Shown here: positions 51,285-61,599 of the stretch, piece after piece
Layout of the letters: each line of letters starts with the position of its first letter
Numbering within the stretch: the first letter of the stretch is position 1
Assembly: GCA_946478235.1 (NCBI GenBank)
Contig: CAMLBF010000006.1
Span: 10,481-74,480, forward strand
DNA: 64,000 nucleotides
Direction of reading: 5' to 3'
Source: an uncultured Bartonella sp.
GTDB taxonomy: Bacteria; Pseudomonadota; Alphaproteobacteria; Rhizobiales; Rhizobiaceae
Notes under the pieces: model-generated
What the model saw: the letters and a program-made list of their open reading frames with translations, nothing else
Told to the model about the DNA's origin: nothing
Database searches by the model: none
Made by a program: the position numbers and the translations under genes

Positions 51285-53180
51285 TTAATGTTCAATATCC
51301 AATGGATACTGCTTTATATTGATATTTCCTTTAGGAAAATCTGTCCCATTCATTGAAAAACTATGTGGCTTTTGCAAACTATTTCTCAAACATGTTACGT
51401 CACCGCAATTTCCGTCGGAACGGGGAGTTTTTTCTAAAACTGATTGCAAAGCAATAGTGTAATCCTTGATATCCGTCGCCTCTGTTTGCAACTTGGCGCT
51501 ACCTTTTGTTGATAAAACCCAATTGCCCATATGCATAACTGATTTATTAATATCAAGATTTCTGTTTTTGATAGAGGCTTGAATGTCCCAACGATCAAAA
51601 CTTGTCTTTGCATTTTCCGAGTTCGATAAAACAAAAGCGTCCTTGTTACCAAGCATTGAACGCAGATTATCGATACTATATCCCTTCAACCGTCCCGACT
51701 GGATATTCAACGTTAATTGCCCGTCCATTTTTGCAGCCAGTTCTGACCACCGGCTGAATGGTGCATGCATTAATAATATAAAGCCGGTCTTCGCCTCTAT
51801 GATTGATGGTTTATCGAGAAATTTCGCCAATGTTTTAACATCGACATTGCTTCCTGAAATACGCCCTTCCAAATAGGCATTGCCGTCAATTCTATTAATT
51901 TGGATATTGCATTGTATGGAGCCACCAAATGCATTTGCATTTCCAAGGTCAAATATTCCATGACCATTCCGAATCTGAATTGCTGCTGCCAGATTATTGA
52001 GAGTAACACTGCCAAATGTTGCCTCTGGTGCAGAAACGCGAAGATCAAGGTCAATCTTATCCAGCACCGTTAAATCAAGTTTCTCATTCCTATCCTCATC
52101 AGGAAAAACGGCAGAAATCAATGTGTCGAGATCAAGGCCATCAAAAGCAAGTGAACCCGTGGTAACAGGTTGACCATTTTGAACATTTACCTCCAATGCA
52201 CCACGTGCATTATCATTGCCCAACTTTAAAAACACATCATTCAATTGGACATGGCCAGATTGGGCTTGCAAATGGGATTCCCAGACAAGCGGTACTTTCA
52301 CGCCCTGCCCTAAAAACTGATTGTATCCAATCCAATTAAGTGTTTGGTTCCAGCCTGGAGACCGCGCTGCTAAATGTCCATCGAAAAAAAAGTTATCGGA
52401 AAGTCTACCCTTTCCTTCAAATGTTATGCCACCGCGCCGCGAATTAAAACTGGCCTTGATCTGGCTTTGTCCACCTGACAAAAATAATAATGCTTGTGCA
52501 GCATCAATATTAAGTTCTGTCAATTGTCCATGCCAACGTGCATTGGAGTGGAAATATGCAGCACGCGTTGTTTCTGGCCATTCCATAACAGCATTTAGAT
52601 CGGTAATTTTTTCTGAATTACTGTCAAGAGTTTCACGATAGATCAACTCACCATTTTCAATAACAATGCGCCCAAAAGGCTGGCTCAGCAAACGCGTTGT
52701 GTCGGGATTGTTAGGATTTTTAGCAACGATTTCACGCGCTTCACGCACTGCTGATCCAAAGGTACCTTGAGAGCGTGAAAGGGTACCAAAAAAATCGGAT
52801 ACTGTCTTTACCGGCTCTTCCATGACAAAGCGTGGATGAATGATGCGTGTCTGCGAAAATGATATGCGCCCTAACAAGGCGTCTATTAGCGACAAATCAA
52901 CCTCTATCCGTTCAGCTTCCATCAGTGGCACACTATCATCTGTCATTGATGTTAGGGTAACACCTGAAAGTGACGCTCTCGGATAAGGAAAAAGATTGAG
53001 GCGAGGTGCTTCTCGCAATTGAACATTATAACCTGTCCAAGCACTAAGATCTTGCGCAAGACGAACACGAATAGCATCGGTAGAAACAAGCGCTGGTAAT
53101 GCTAGCGCAATTGCTACAATAGCCAGCACTAAGACAACAATCACACCAATAACAATTCTCGTTGCTCTATTGCGCACCAT
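51285..53180 (-). CDS. AsmA-family outer-membrane biogenesis protein
   Basis: 631 aa with an N-terminal TM anchor (RIVIGVIVVLVLAIVAIALALPAL) and a long beta-rich periplasmic body. Confidence 0.75.
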   Translation of the reverse strand: MVRNRATRIVIGVIVVLVLAIVAIALALPALVSTDAIRVRLAQDLSAWTGYNVQLREAPRLNLFPYPRASLSGVTLTSMTDDSVPLMEAERIEVDLSLIDALLGRISFSQTRIIHPRFVMEEPVKTVSDFFGTLSRSQGTFGSAVREAREIVAKNPNNPDTTRLLSQPFGRIVIENGELIYRETLDSNSEKITDLNAVMEWPETTRAAYFHSNARWHGQLTELNIDAAQALLFLSGGQSQIKASFNSRRGGITFEGKGRLSDNFFFDGHLAARSPGWNQTLNWIGYNQFLGQGVKVPLVWESHLQAQSGHVQLNDVFLKLGNDNARGALEVNVQNGQPVTTGSLAFDGLDLDTLISAVFPDEDRNEKLDLTVLDKIDLDLRVSAPEATFGSVTLNNLAAAIQIRNGHGIFDLGNANAFGGSIQCNIQINRIDGNAYLEGRISGSNVDVKTLAKFLDKPSIIEAKTGFILLMHAPFSRWSELAAKMDGQLTLNIQSGRLKGYSIDNLRSMLGNKDAFVLSNSENAKTSFDRWDIQASIKNRNLDINKSVMHMGNWVLSTKGSAKLQTEATDIKDYTIALQSVLEKTPRSDGNCGDVTCLRNSLQKPHSFSMNGTDFPKGNINIKQYPLDIEH

Positions 53181-53279
53181 TACCCTTTACTCTCTGTTAA
53201 CCATAACAGAGTAGAACCGGATTACATTTCGGCTTCCAGTGAAAACTTGTTCTGAAATGCCCTTGTTTAAATTTTATTA

Positions 53280-53305
53280 CCGGGCTTTTTAGCCCGGATT
53301 TTTTT
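53280..53305 (+). terminator. Hairpin with U8 tail on the plus strand, between two minus-strand genes
   Basis: CCGGGC-TTTTTA-GCCCGG followed by ATTTTTTT on the plus strand. The minus-strand reading has a weaker tail (TAATAAAATTT). Confidence 0.6.
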
Positions 53306-53360
53306 AATCGAATTTTGCGCTTTCGACAATGGGCATCACCAATGAATATCCCTATTTTGT

Positions 53361-54068
53361 TTAACGGCATAGGCACTTAGCTAGAAAATGTAATATAGTG
53401 TCATTCCTACGGATACTATGACGTGGCAATTCATAATCATTTTCACTACCACGAGCGCGCCCTTTTTGTGTTGTGACAGCAAACTTATAGCCAGCTTTTG
53501 CAACCAACTGGCGAACAATGCCATTTTCATCACCATAAGGATAGGCAAACGAATGGATTGTCTTGCCTAATGCGTCTTCTATCATTGTTTTTGATAGAAT
53601 TATTTCACGCTCCGCTTGTTCAGGAGAAATTTCTGTCAGATGTGGATGGGTTAGTGTATGGCTGCCAACTTCATGACCATGTTGTGCCCAGACACGCATT
53701 TCATCAAAGGTCATAATTTTATCACGTTGCGCTTTGACGTTGTCCCAAGCGTTATCAAGCCCCATACGTTCAGCAACAAAAAAATTGGTAGCGGTAAATC
53801 CCAGCCTATCGAGTATAGGCATCGCATATTGATAAACAGATAAAAATCCATCGTCAAAAGTGATAATCGCTATCTTGCCTGCTTTTTCACCGCGCAAATA
53901 GGGCATCCCTTCTTTAAGGGATACACCTTTAAAACCAAGCCTGTTTAACCACATCATCTGTTTTTCGAAATTTTGTGGTGTAACATAATTGGAACGCCCT
54001 GGTATTCCTGATGATGGTGGAGTGCCAATATGATGATAAAGAAGAATTGGAACAGGCATTTCAACCAT
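53361..54068 (-). CDS. Polysaccharide deacetylase (NodB homology domain)
   Basis: 235 aa with ITFDDGF, GSHTLTHPHL and the FAYPYG motifs of CE4 enzymes. Confidence 0.85.
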   Translation of the reverse strand: MVEMPVPILLYHHIGTPPSSGIPGRSNYVTPQNFEKQMMWLNRLGFKGVSLKEGMPYLRGEKAGKIAIITFDDGFLSVYQYAMPILDRLGFTATNFFVAERMGLDNAWDNVKAQRDKIMTFDEMRVWAQHGHEVGSHTLTHPHLTEISPEQAEREIILSKTMIEDALGKTIHSFAYPYGDENGIVRQLVAKAGYKFAVTTQKGRARGSENDYELPRHSIRRNDTILHFLAKCLCR

Positions 54069-54789
54069 CCTTACGTTGAGAAAGAACTTTTATCTTATGG
54101 CGATATAATGGGCGTGCAACTTCACGATAGAGTCGCGATAAAAAGCCACGTGGTTTCTTAATTGTTGAGCCACCAAGATCTCTGGATATTTCCTCGACAA
54201 CTGGTGGCAAAACAACAAGCGGATGCACACCGGTTTGCCAATACATTTGCATGGTTGTGTCAACCGGCCTATCAAAATGCGCTGTCGCATCAAGTAAATG
54301 CTGGGCAGCATTTTTTCCGATCAATTGTGCAACTTGACCAAGTCCAACTTGCGATGGTTTGATGAGCTTTATTGCGCCATGTTCGGCTATAATCTTTCCC
54401 TGTTCGCGCACACGAAATGGAAAACGAATAAAACTATCCTGACTGACGTGTTGTAGTGAAAACTCCAACACATCGCGAAATCCGTCATGCAGCTTTACAT
54501 CATCTTCAAGTACAAAACCCGCATCAAGATTATCATCAACAATTTTCTGCCAAGCGGCACGATGCGATAAAAAACATGCTATTTCATTTTTTGAAAGACG
54601 AAACGGATAATATGGACGATAAAGCTTTCGTTGATAAAATTGTTGAACCACATCATCAGCCAACGAAGCGCTATCGACTGCTACAATTGTTTCCGTCGCA
54701 CAAGGCAAAGATTGAGAGAGTCGCTTGACCTGCTTTAAACGGTCAACAGCTCTATCAAGATGGATGATGAGTGCTTTAACATTAATCAT
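54061..54789 (-). CDS. Glycosyltransferase family 25 (LOS/LPS biosynthesis)
   Basis: 242 aa. It starts ALIIHLDRAVDR, with EIACFLSHR..W and VLEDDV. An 8-nt overlap links it to the deacetylase gene. Confidence 0.8.
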   Translation of the reverse strand: MINVKALIIHLDRAVDRLKQVKRLSQSLPCATETIVAVDSASLADDVVQQFYQRKLYRPYYPFRLSKNEIACFLSHRAAWQKIVDDNLDAGFVLEDDVKLHDGFRDVLEFSLQHVSQDSFIRFPFRVREQGKIIAEHGAIKLIKPSQVGLGQVAQLIGKNAAQHLLDATAHFDRPVDTTMQMYWQTGVHPLVVLPPVVEEISRDLGGSTIKKPRGFLSRLYREVARPLYRHKIKVLSQRKDG

Positions 54790-54886
54790 GACACAAAATT
54801 AACCGTTTGCTCTGCACATTCAATTCAATATTCTTATGCTTATTATCATGATCATAAAAACATACTTAGCACGAATTAAAGGAATT

Positions 54887-55510
54887 TTATAAAAACTTGC
54901 ATTTCCCTTCATCAACACGTGCGCGAACCCACTGTTCTTCAACGCTCCAATTGTGCCATTTCCACCCTTTCCAAGTAAACCCGCACAAATAGATGTCCCA
55001 CACGGTTAAATCAAAACGCCTCAAACAATCCCATATTCCCAAATAACCAGTAGATGGGAAATATTTTTTCAACAAACTTCCAGTGATATTAATTTCAGCA
55101 CACGCCTCGAGATAAAATTGCGGTGATTTTATCACAATATCTTTTCCCAATCGTCCTAAAATTTCAATGGCTTGCTTTGTCCAATCTACGCGCCTTCCTT
55201 TAAATATACGCGATAAAATTTTAGGTTGAGCAAAATAAGTACGCATAATATCCGGATGATAAACCAAAGTAATCTGCTGGGTTTTTCTAAAGAAACTAGA
55301 TTCAAGAAAATCATTATTCCATAACTTCAATTGCATTGGTTTACCGGAATTGCACATCATAAGACTGTCGATCCTAGTGCCGCTCCAACCATTGAGCTCA
55401 CGTGGTTCATTAAATCGCAAGACAAAATCCGCTGCATCAATCTGTTCCGAATAATCCTTCGGCAAATCGGCATTACCAACGATCACAAGTTTTTTTCGTG
55501 TGGGTTCCAT
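54887..55510 (-). CDS. GT29-like (sialyltransferase-motif) putative glycosyltransferase
   Basis: 207 aa from ATG 55510. LVIVGNADLPKDYSEQIDAADFVLRFNEP resembles sialylmotif L, PSTGYLGI...DIYLCGF resembles motif S, and HNWSVE resembles motif VS. All alignments were made by eye. Confidence 0.45.
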   Translation of the reverse strand: MEPTRKKLVIVGNADLPKDYSEQIDAADFVLRFNEPRELNGWSGTRIDSLMMCNSGKPMQLKLWNNDFLESSFFRKTQQITLVYHPDIMRTYFAQPKILSRIFKGRRVDWTKQAIEILGRLGKDIVIKSPQFYLEACAEINITGSLLKKYFPSTGYLGIWDCLRRFDLTVWDIYLCGFTWKGWKWHNWSVEEQWVRARVDEGKCKFL

Positions 55511-55664
55511 ACTATATCGCCTTCTCATTAAGCTCGAATTATTCGAAAAATACAATTCTGCTAACAACTTTATAAACTTATAAAAATCGCGACAGTAATG
55601 ATTGGAACAATCAAGATGTCTCGGCTAGTAGTTTATCACTATGTCATATTAGTATAATAAAATA

Positions 55665-56543
55665 TTACTTTTCATGATATTGACGCGATAAACGCAACCA
55701 CTCGCGTGCAGCATAAGACAAATGACTCGTTTGCCGCCAAATAAGTGCCATATGCCACTCAATAATTGTATCTGCTATTTCAACAACACGCACGTTTTTT
55801 ACATTACGTTTTTCAGCAATCATTCTCGGTAAAAAGCCAACCCCCATGCCTGCAGCGACAAGGCCAAATAAAAAATCAATCTGGCTGGATTTTGCAGTTA
55901 TGATTGGCTCTAATCCTTTAGTTCGAAATGCCGCAAGAACAATCGGTGTCAAAGCAAACTGGCTTTCAAATAATACAAAGGGATATTTCGCCAGTTCATT
56001 GACTGTAAGGCTCTCTTTATCGCCGGCAAGTGCTTCCGGCATAAGTGCAACAACAGGCTCATTTCTTACATCTTGATATTCTAGCCCTTCAGCCACTGGA
56101 ATAAGGGAAGCGGCAAGCTCTATTTCACCTGATCTAACCAATTCTTCCAGTTTTTTGCTGCCATGTTCAACAATGCTGATATCAATTTGCGGATATGAAG
56201 ATGTATAACGCGCCAAAACTTGCGCGAAGAGTTCAGAACTACCAATCGGCGGCAGACCAATTTTTAATGAGCCTCTCTTCAATCCCTTTAATTCGGCAAT
56301 CTCTCGTTCCAGAGTATTTTCTTCGGCGATAACATGAAGAGCATGACGATAGACATATTCTCCTGCTGTGGTCAGCTGTAATTTCCCTCTGGAGCGATTA
56401 ATCAATTTCGTTCCATAATGGTTTTCTAACTGTGCCAATGACTTGCTAATTGTGGACTGAGTGGAATTTAAAACTTTTGCTGCTGCAGAAAATCCATTCT
56501 GACGTATAATTTCAATAAAGGCTTCCAGTGTACGTATTTGCAT
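55665..56543 (-). CDS. LysR-family transcriptional regulator (CidR/LrgAB-associated type)
   Basis: 292 aa from ATG 56543. It has an HTH (FSAAAKVLNSTQSTISKSLAQLE) and is divergent from lrgAB-like genes. The near-palindrome ATTCTATATAGGAAT lies at 56548-56562. Confidence 0.85.
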   Translation of the reverse strand: MQIRTLEAFIEIIRQNGFSAAAKVLNSTQSTISKSLAQLENHYGTKLINRSRGKLQLTTAGEYVYRHALHVIAEENTLEREIAELKGLKRGSLKIGLPPIGSSELFAQVLARYTSSYPQIDISIVEHGSKKLEELVRSGEIELAASLIPVAEGLEYQDVRNEPVVALMPEALAGDKESLTVNELAKYPFVLFESQFALTPIVLAAFRTKGLEPIITAKSSQIDFLFGLVAAGMGVGFLPRMIAEKRNVKNVRVVEIADTIIEWHMALIWRQTSHLSYAAREWLRLSRQYHEK

Positions 56544-56635
56544 AAATATTCTATATAGGAATAATAAGAATGAAATCAATTCATTTTACGAATGACTAAT
56601 ATTAACTTATCTAACGCTCCACTAGGAGTCTCAAA

Positions 56636-57040
56636 ATGCGCCGTCGTATCAAAGTTCAAACACGTCATTTCGTGCATCATAATATTTTCGCCCAAATGGG
56701 ATTGCTTGCTGTTTTCTGGATCATAGGAGAACTTATTTCCAGATTTTTGCATCTGCCAATTCCAGGTGCAATCATTGGCATGTGTTTGGTGCTCATTCTT
56801 TTGGCAACAGGTAAATTAAGCACATTTAGCATGAAACGCGGTGCAGACTGGCTTATTGCAGAAATGCTATTATTCTTCGTTCCTGCAGTTCTTGCCTTAT
56901 TAAATCATAAGGAATTTTTCGGTCTACTTGGCCTGAAAATTCTGGTTGTCATTTTAGGAGGGACATTCGTGGTCATGAGCATTACCGCTCTAACCATTGA
57001 CCTTTGTTATCTCTGGATGTCGCGACATGTCAAACGCTAA
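56636..57040 (+). CDS. lrgA: CidA/LrgA family holin-like membrane protein
   Basis: 134 aa with four TM segments and AGGAG upstream. It precedes and overlaps the LrgB gene. Confidence 0.8.
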   Translation: MRRRIKVQTRHFVHHNIFAQMGLLAVFWIIGELISRFLHLPIPGAIIGMCLVLILLATGKLSTFSMKRGADWLIAEMLLFFVPAVLALLNHKEFFGLLGLKILVVILGGTFVVMSITALTIDLCYLWMSRHVKR

Positions 57041-57737
57041 CTTTTATACAAATCCAATCGTTCAAACAGTTTTTTGGTCTCTCGTTACCATTCTCTTTTA
57101 TTTGGTTGCTAAAGCATTTTATAGACGGTTTACCTATTGGTGGCTCACACCATTGGCGGTTACGCCACTTTTGTTAATGATCGTGGTTGTTTCTCTCAAT
57201 GGCGATTATGCGCATTATATTAGCGCAACACACTGGCTTGTTGCTGTTCTTGGACCGGTAACTGTCGCCTTTGCAATTCCTATATGGCAACAGCGTGAAA
57301 TCATAGCAAAAAACTGGTTTATTTTAACGATTGGTATTGTTGTCGGCTCTGTAACCTCAATGCTATCAGCTTGGGGATTGGCAACACTGTTGCAACTAGA
57401 TGATACCTTGCGTCTCAGTTTGATGCCTAGATCTATAAGCACCCCATTTGCCATGACGGTATCGGGCGATATAGGCGGTGTACCTGATCTAACGGCTGTT
57501 TTTGTTGTGTTAACTGGCGTTCTCGGTGCCGCCTTAGGTGAATATATTGTAAAATATATGCCGCTTCACTCTTCTCTGGCACGTGGCGCCTTATTGGGCA
57601 TGGGCGCTCATGGTGCAGGCGTTGCCCAAGCTCATAAAATAGGCCATGAAGAAGGCTCTATTGCCGGCCTTGTTATGGTGATGGTGGGTATTGTTAATGT
57701 ATTGCTAGCACCAGTCTTGGGGTGGCTTTTAAGATAA
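57027..57737 (+). CDS. lrgB: LrgB/CidB family membrane protein
   Basis: 236 aa from ATG 57027, overlapping the lrgA stop. It has the blocks PRSISTPFAM and GMGAHGAG. Confidence 0.85.
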   Translation: MSNANFYTNPIVQTVFWSLVTILFYLVAKAFYRRFTYWWLTPLAVTPLLLMIVVVSLNGDYAHYISATHWLVAVLGPVTVAFAIPIWQQREIIAKNWFILTIGIVVGSVTSMLSAWGLATLLQLDDTLRLSLMPRSISTPFAMTVSGDIGGVPDLTAVFVVLTGVLGAALGEYIVKYMPLHSSLARGALLGMGAHGAGVAQAHKIGHEEGSIAGLVMVMVGIVNVLLAPVLGWLLR

Positions 57738-57738
57738 G

Positions 57739-57764
57739 CTGGCGTTTTTGCTTAAAAACGCCAG
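57739..57764. terminator. Bidirectional intrinsic terminator
   Basis: CTGGCGTTTTT-GCTT-AAAAACGCCAG. Confidence 0.85.
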
Positions 57765-57787
57765 ATAAAACGCGATCCTCAATATAG

Positions 57788-58606
57788 TCAGTTATTGGCT
57801 AACTCTTTTGAGCGTTCCGTTGCTGCCTTAACTGTTTCTGTTATTTGCCGTTCAAATGTGCCGTCTTTCATCAACACAGCAAGACCTGCGGCTGTTGTTC
57901 CATTTGGGCTAGTTACGCGTTGTCGTAAAACTTCCGGCGTTACATCGTCATTTTCACAGGCTAGCATACCAGCCCCTTTAACAGTCTGCTTGGCAAGCAG
58001 GGTCGCTGTCTTTTCTGATAAGCCACAACTGACACCTGCTTTTGTCAACGCTTCAATCATATAAAAAACATATGCTGGTCCTGATCCCGAAAGACCTGTT
58101 ACTGCATGCATTTGTGTTTCATCATTAATAGAGCTTACAACACCATTGGCGGTCAATAATTTCTCTATAAAGGCATAACTTTCAGTGCTAACATTTTTAT
58201 TAGCATAGGTTACTAACACGCCTTGGCCAATAGCCGCCGGAGTATTGGGCATACAACGCACAATTGCTGCATCACTTCCAAAAATATCTTCGAAAAATTT
58301 GACAGATAAGCCTGCCGCTATCGTCAAAAAAGTCGTTTTTGAACTATATTTTGAGTAAGCTGGAGCAACTTCGGCCATGTGTTGCGGCTTCACCGCTAAA
58401 ATCACAAGATCAGGATTAAAATGTTCTGGAATCTCAGAATGATCTTTTATTCCATGAACGCCTAAATCAACAGCACGTTTAAGATTAGCATCTGTTGGTT
58501 CAACAACATAAACCGATGTTTTGGCAATAATAGCTTTATCAATCCACCCTTTAAGAAGCGCGTATCCCATATTTCCGCACCCCACGAGTAACACTGTTTT
58601 ATTCAT
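57788..58606 (-). CDS. proC: Pyrroline-5-carboxylate reductase
   Basis: 272 aa with LVGCGNMG, MPNTPA, SGSGPAY and the SPNGTT motif. Confidence 0.92.
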   Translation of the reverse strand: MNKTVLLVGCGNMGYALLKGWIDKAIIAKTSVYVVEPTDANLKRAVDLGVHGIKDHSEIPEHFNPDLVILAVKPQHMAEVAPAYSKYSSKTTFLTIAAGLSVKFFEDIFGSDAAIVRCMPNTPAAIGQGVLVTYANKNVSTESYAFIEKLLTANGVVSSINDETQMHAVTGLSGSGPAYVFYMIEALTKAGVSCGLSEKTATLLAKQTVKGAGMLACENDDVTPEVLRQRVTSPNGTTAAGLAVLMKDGTFERQITETVKAATERSKELANN

Positions 58607-58764
58607 TTCCCACTCCGTTTCTTTATATAAAACAATAATATTTGTAATAATCTATTATCTTTATATCAGAACTATATTGTCAGCGGTGCAAATATTGCCA
58701 TAAAGGGATGTTTTCTTGTCAGCAAATGCGTTAAAAAATAGAAATTCTATTGAAAGGAATTTTC

Positions 58765-59664
58765 ATGGCAAACATTATTGACGGAAAAAAGCTATCTGAA
58801 AAAATCCTTATAAAGGTAAAGGCAGACACGGAAGATCTATACCGAAAACATGGTGTAAAACCTGGCATTGCTGTCGTTATCGTGGGGGAAGATCCCGCCA
58901 GTCAGGTTTATGTTGCTTCAAAAGAAAAGCGCGCTGAAGAGTGTGGCTTTCTCTCAAAAAAATACGCTCTTGCAGCAACAACAAGCGAAGAAGAGTTGCT
59001 ATCTTTAATAAAAGAATTGAATGAAGATTCGACGCTTCATGGAATTCTTGTACAATTGCCATTGCCTAAACACATCAATGCCGATCGGGTTATACAAACC
59101 ATTTCTCCTAATAAAGATGTCGACGGTTTCCATTATATAAATGCTGGAAAACTGATGACGGGTGCAATTGATGATGCTTTTGTGCCATGCACACCAGCCG
59201 GAGCCATGTTGATGATAGAACAAGCTTTGGGCAAAGATTTATCCGGCAAAGATGCCGTCGTGGTTGGCCGATCAAACATTGTTGGAAAACCAATGGCTGC
59301 ACTTTTATTGGCATCAAATGCGACAGTGACCATTGCGCACAGCCGGACAAGCAAAATTGATGAAGTTTGCCGTAGTGCCGATATTCTTGTTGCTGCAGTT
59401 GGCAAACCACACATGATTAAAGGCGACTGGATTAAGCCCGGTGCTACAGTCATCGATGTGGGGATAAATCGTATCCCTGCCCCTGAAAAAGGTGAAGGCA
59501 AAACAAGACTGGTTGGTGATGTTGATTATATTCCAGCTGAAAAAGTGGCCGATTTTATCACCCCTGTACCTGGTGGTGTTGGTCCTATGACCATTGCAAT
59601 GCTGATGGTCAATACATTAAAGGCTGCATGTCTTGCCAATAAATTGCCTATACCGAAATTTTAA
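58765..59664 (+). CDS. folD: Bifunctional methylenetetrahydrofolate dehydrogenase/cyclohydrolase
   Basis: 299 aa from ATG 58765. It has [35 protein letters not shown] and [10 protein letters not shown]. Confidence 0.95.
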   Translation: MANIIDGKKLSEKILIKVKADTEDLYRKHGVKPGIAVVIVGEDPASQVYVASKEKRAEECGFLSKKYALAATTSEEELLSLIKELNEDSTLHGILVQLPLPKHINADRVIQTISPNKDVDGFHYINAGKLMTGAIDDAFVPCTPAGAMLMIEQALGKDLSGKDAVVVGRSNIVGKPMAALLLASNATVTIAHSRTSKIDEVCRSADILVAAVGKPHMIKGDWIKPGATVIDVGINRIPAPEKGEGKTRLVGDVDYIPAEKVADFITPVPGGVGPMTIAMLMVNTLKAACLANKLPIPKF

Positions 59665-59688
59665 ATCCATATTTTTAAGACAATAAAT

Positions 59689-59720
59689 AAAGCCATTTTA
59701 TCGAGAGATAAAATGGCTTT
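59689..59720. terminator. Bidirectional intrinsic terminator (folD / edd convergent)
   Basis: AAAGCCATTTTA-TCGAGAGA-TAAAATGGCTTT. Confidence 0.85.
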
Positions 59721-59749
59721 AAATTATGACGTCACTTAACTTTTAAAAC

Positions 59750-61585
59750 TTATTTCGTATTATGACCAACCACCACGCTTGCCCCTTGATCTGCACGACC
59801 GACGCACTGTCTGAAGGCATGAAATAATTCTCGACCAATACCAAATTCATTGGCTGACAAGTCAGGATGCGTAATTTGACGTTGATTGAATTCTTTCTCA
59901 TCAACCATAATCGTCAACGTTCCATGCCCCGCATCGAGCCGCACAATATCGCCATCTCTCAATCGTGCAATCGGTCCATCATCCAAAGCTTCTGGTGTAA
60001 CATGGATTGCTGCTGGTATTTTGCCAGATGCCCCAGACATACGCCCATCTGTAACCAAAGCAATTTTCTGTCCCCGATCTTGTAAAATACCAAGAATAGT
60101 GGTCAATTTGTGTAGTTCTGGCATACCATTCGCTTTTGGTCCCTGATAACGAATAACCGCAACGAAATCCTTGCCGTCAAGTTCGCCAGATTTGAAAGCT
60201 TCCTGTAATCCAGCTTGATCATTAAAAACCCGAACGGGCGCTTCTATAAACCAATGTTCAGGCGCTACCGCGGAAACTTTGATAATTGCAGCCCCCATAT
60301 TGCCGGATAAAACCCTTATGCCACCGTCAGGTTGAAATGGTTTTTTCCAGCCTGCTAAAACTTTTTCATCACCACTAACATCTGGTGCTGGTTCACGGAT
60401 CACACTACCATCAGAACCAAGTTTTGGTTCACTTGCATAAGCTTCTAACCCTTCACCAAAAACAGTATGCACATCGTCATGCACCAGCCCTGCTTCTAGT
60501 AATTGGCGGATAAGAAATCCCATACCACCGGCGGCATGGAAATAATTAACATCTGCCAAGCCATTTGGATAAACACGCGCCAAAAGAGGAACTGCAGCAG
60601 AGATTTCTGCTATATCATGCCATGTCAGTGTAATACCTGCCGCCTGAGCCATTGCAATGAGATGGATTGTATGATTGGTCGATCCGCCCGTGGCGTTTAA
60701 GCCAACAATTGCATTCACAAATGAGCGTTCATCAATCATAGCACCTACTGGCATATAAGAATTACCCAGTGAGGTTATTTGTAATGCACGCTTTGTCGCT
60801 TCTATCGTTAATGCATCGCGCAAAGGCGTATTTGGATTGATGAATGATGCCCCAGGCATATGCAATCCCATTATTTCCATCATCATTTGATTGGAATTGG
60901 CAGTCCCATAAAACGTACATGTGCCTGGTCCATGATAAGATGTCGATTCAGACTCGAGCAAAGCCCGCCTATCCACCTTACCTTCTGCATATAACTGGCG
61001 GATCTTGGCTTTTTTATCGTTTCCTTGACCTGTTGTCATTGGACCAGCCGGAACAAAGATTGCTGGTATATGCCCAAATGTCAGTGCTGCAATAACGAGA
61101 CCAGGAACAATTTTATCACAAATGCCAAGATATAACGCCGCATCAAACACATCATGCGAAAGACCTACTGCCGCAGCCATAGCGATCACATCACGTGAAA
61201 ACAAGGACAGCTCCATACCCGGATAACCTTGCGTGACACCGTCACACATCGCTGGCACGCCGCTGGCAACTTCAGCAACACCACCAGCTTCTCTTGCTGC
61301 TTTTTTGATAAGTTCAGGAAAAGTTTCAAATGGCTGATGTGCTGACAGCATATCATTATAGGCTGTTATAATACCTATATTTCCAACAACATCATCTTTC
61401 AGCCGTTCTTTATCCAATGGGCCACACGCTGCAAAACTATGCGCTTGATTGGCACATGCAAAAAAACTTCTTCTCGGACGATTTGTTGCCGCTTTCTCTA
61501 TACGATCAAGATATATCTCGCGCTTTGCTTTGGATCTTTCACGAATACGATCCGTAATGTCCGCAATTGTACGAGAAAGAGCCAT
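59750..61585 (-). CDS. edd: Phosphogluconate dehydratase
   Basis: 611 aa, IlvD/Edd family, with [15 protein letters not shown] and [10 protein letters not shown]. Confidence 0.95.
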   Translation of the reverse strand: MALSRTIADITDRIRERSKAKREIYLDRIEKAATNRPRRSFFACANQAHSFAACGPLDKERLKDDVVGNIGIITAYNDMLSAHQPFETFPELIKKAAREAGGVAEVASGVPAMCDGVTQGYPGMELSLFSRDVIAMAAAVGLSHDVFDAALYLGICDKIVPGLVIAALTFGHIPAIFVPAGPMTTGQGNDKKAKIRQLYAEGKVDRRALLESESTSYHGPGTCTFYGTANSNQMMMEIMGLHMPGASFINPNTPLRDALTIEATKRALQITSLGNSYMPVGAMIDERSFVNAIVGLNATGGSTNHTIHLIAMAQAAGITLTWHDIAEISAAVPLLARVYPNGLADVNYFHAAGGMGFLIRQLLEAGLVHDDVHTVFGEGLEAYASEPKLGSDGSVIREPAPDVSGDEKVLAGWKKPFQPDGGIRVLSGNMGAAIIKVSAVAPEHWFIEAPVRVFNDQAGLQEAFKSGELDGKDFVAVIRYQGPKANGMPELHKLTTILGILQDRGQKIALVTDGRMSGASGKIPAAIHVTPEALDDGPIARLRDGDIVRLDAGHGTLTIMVDEKEFNQRQITHPDLSANEFGIGRELFHAFRQCVGRADQGASVVVGHNTK

Positions 61586-61599
61586 TATCCTAATCTCCG

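Noticed and set aside
58607-58764. ZTP (pfl) riboswitch upstream of folD
   Set aside because: Neither the GGGUCGUGACUGGCG-like 5' subdomain nor the CCGCCUGGGCA 3' pseudoknot element is visible.
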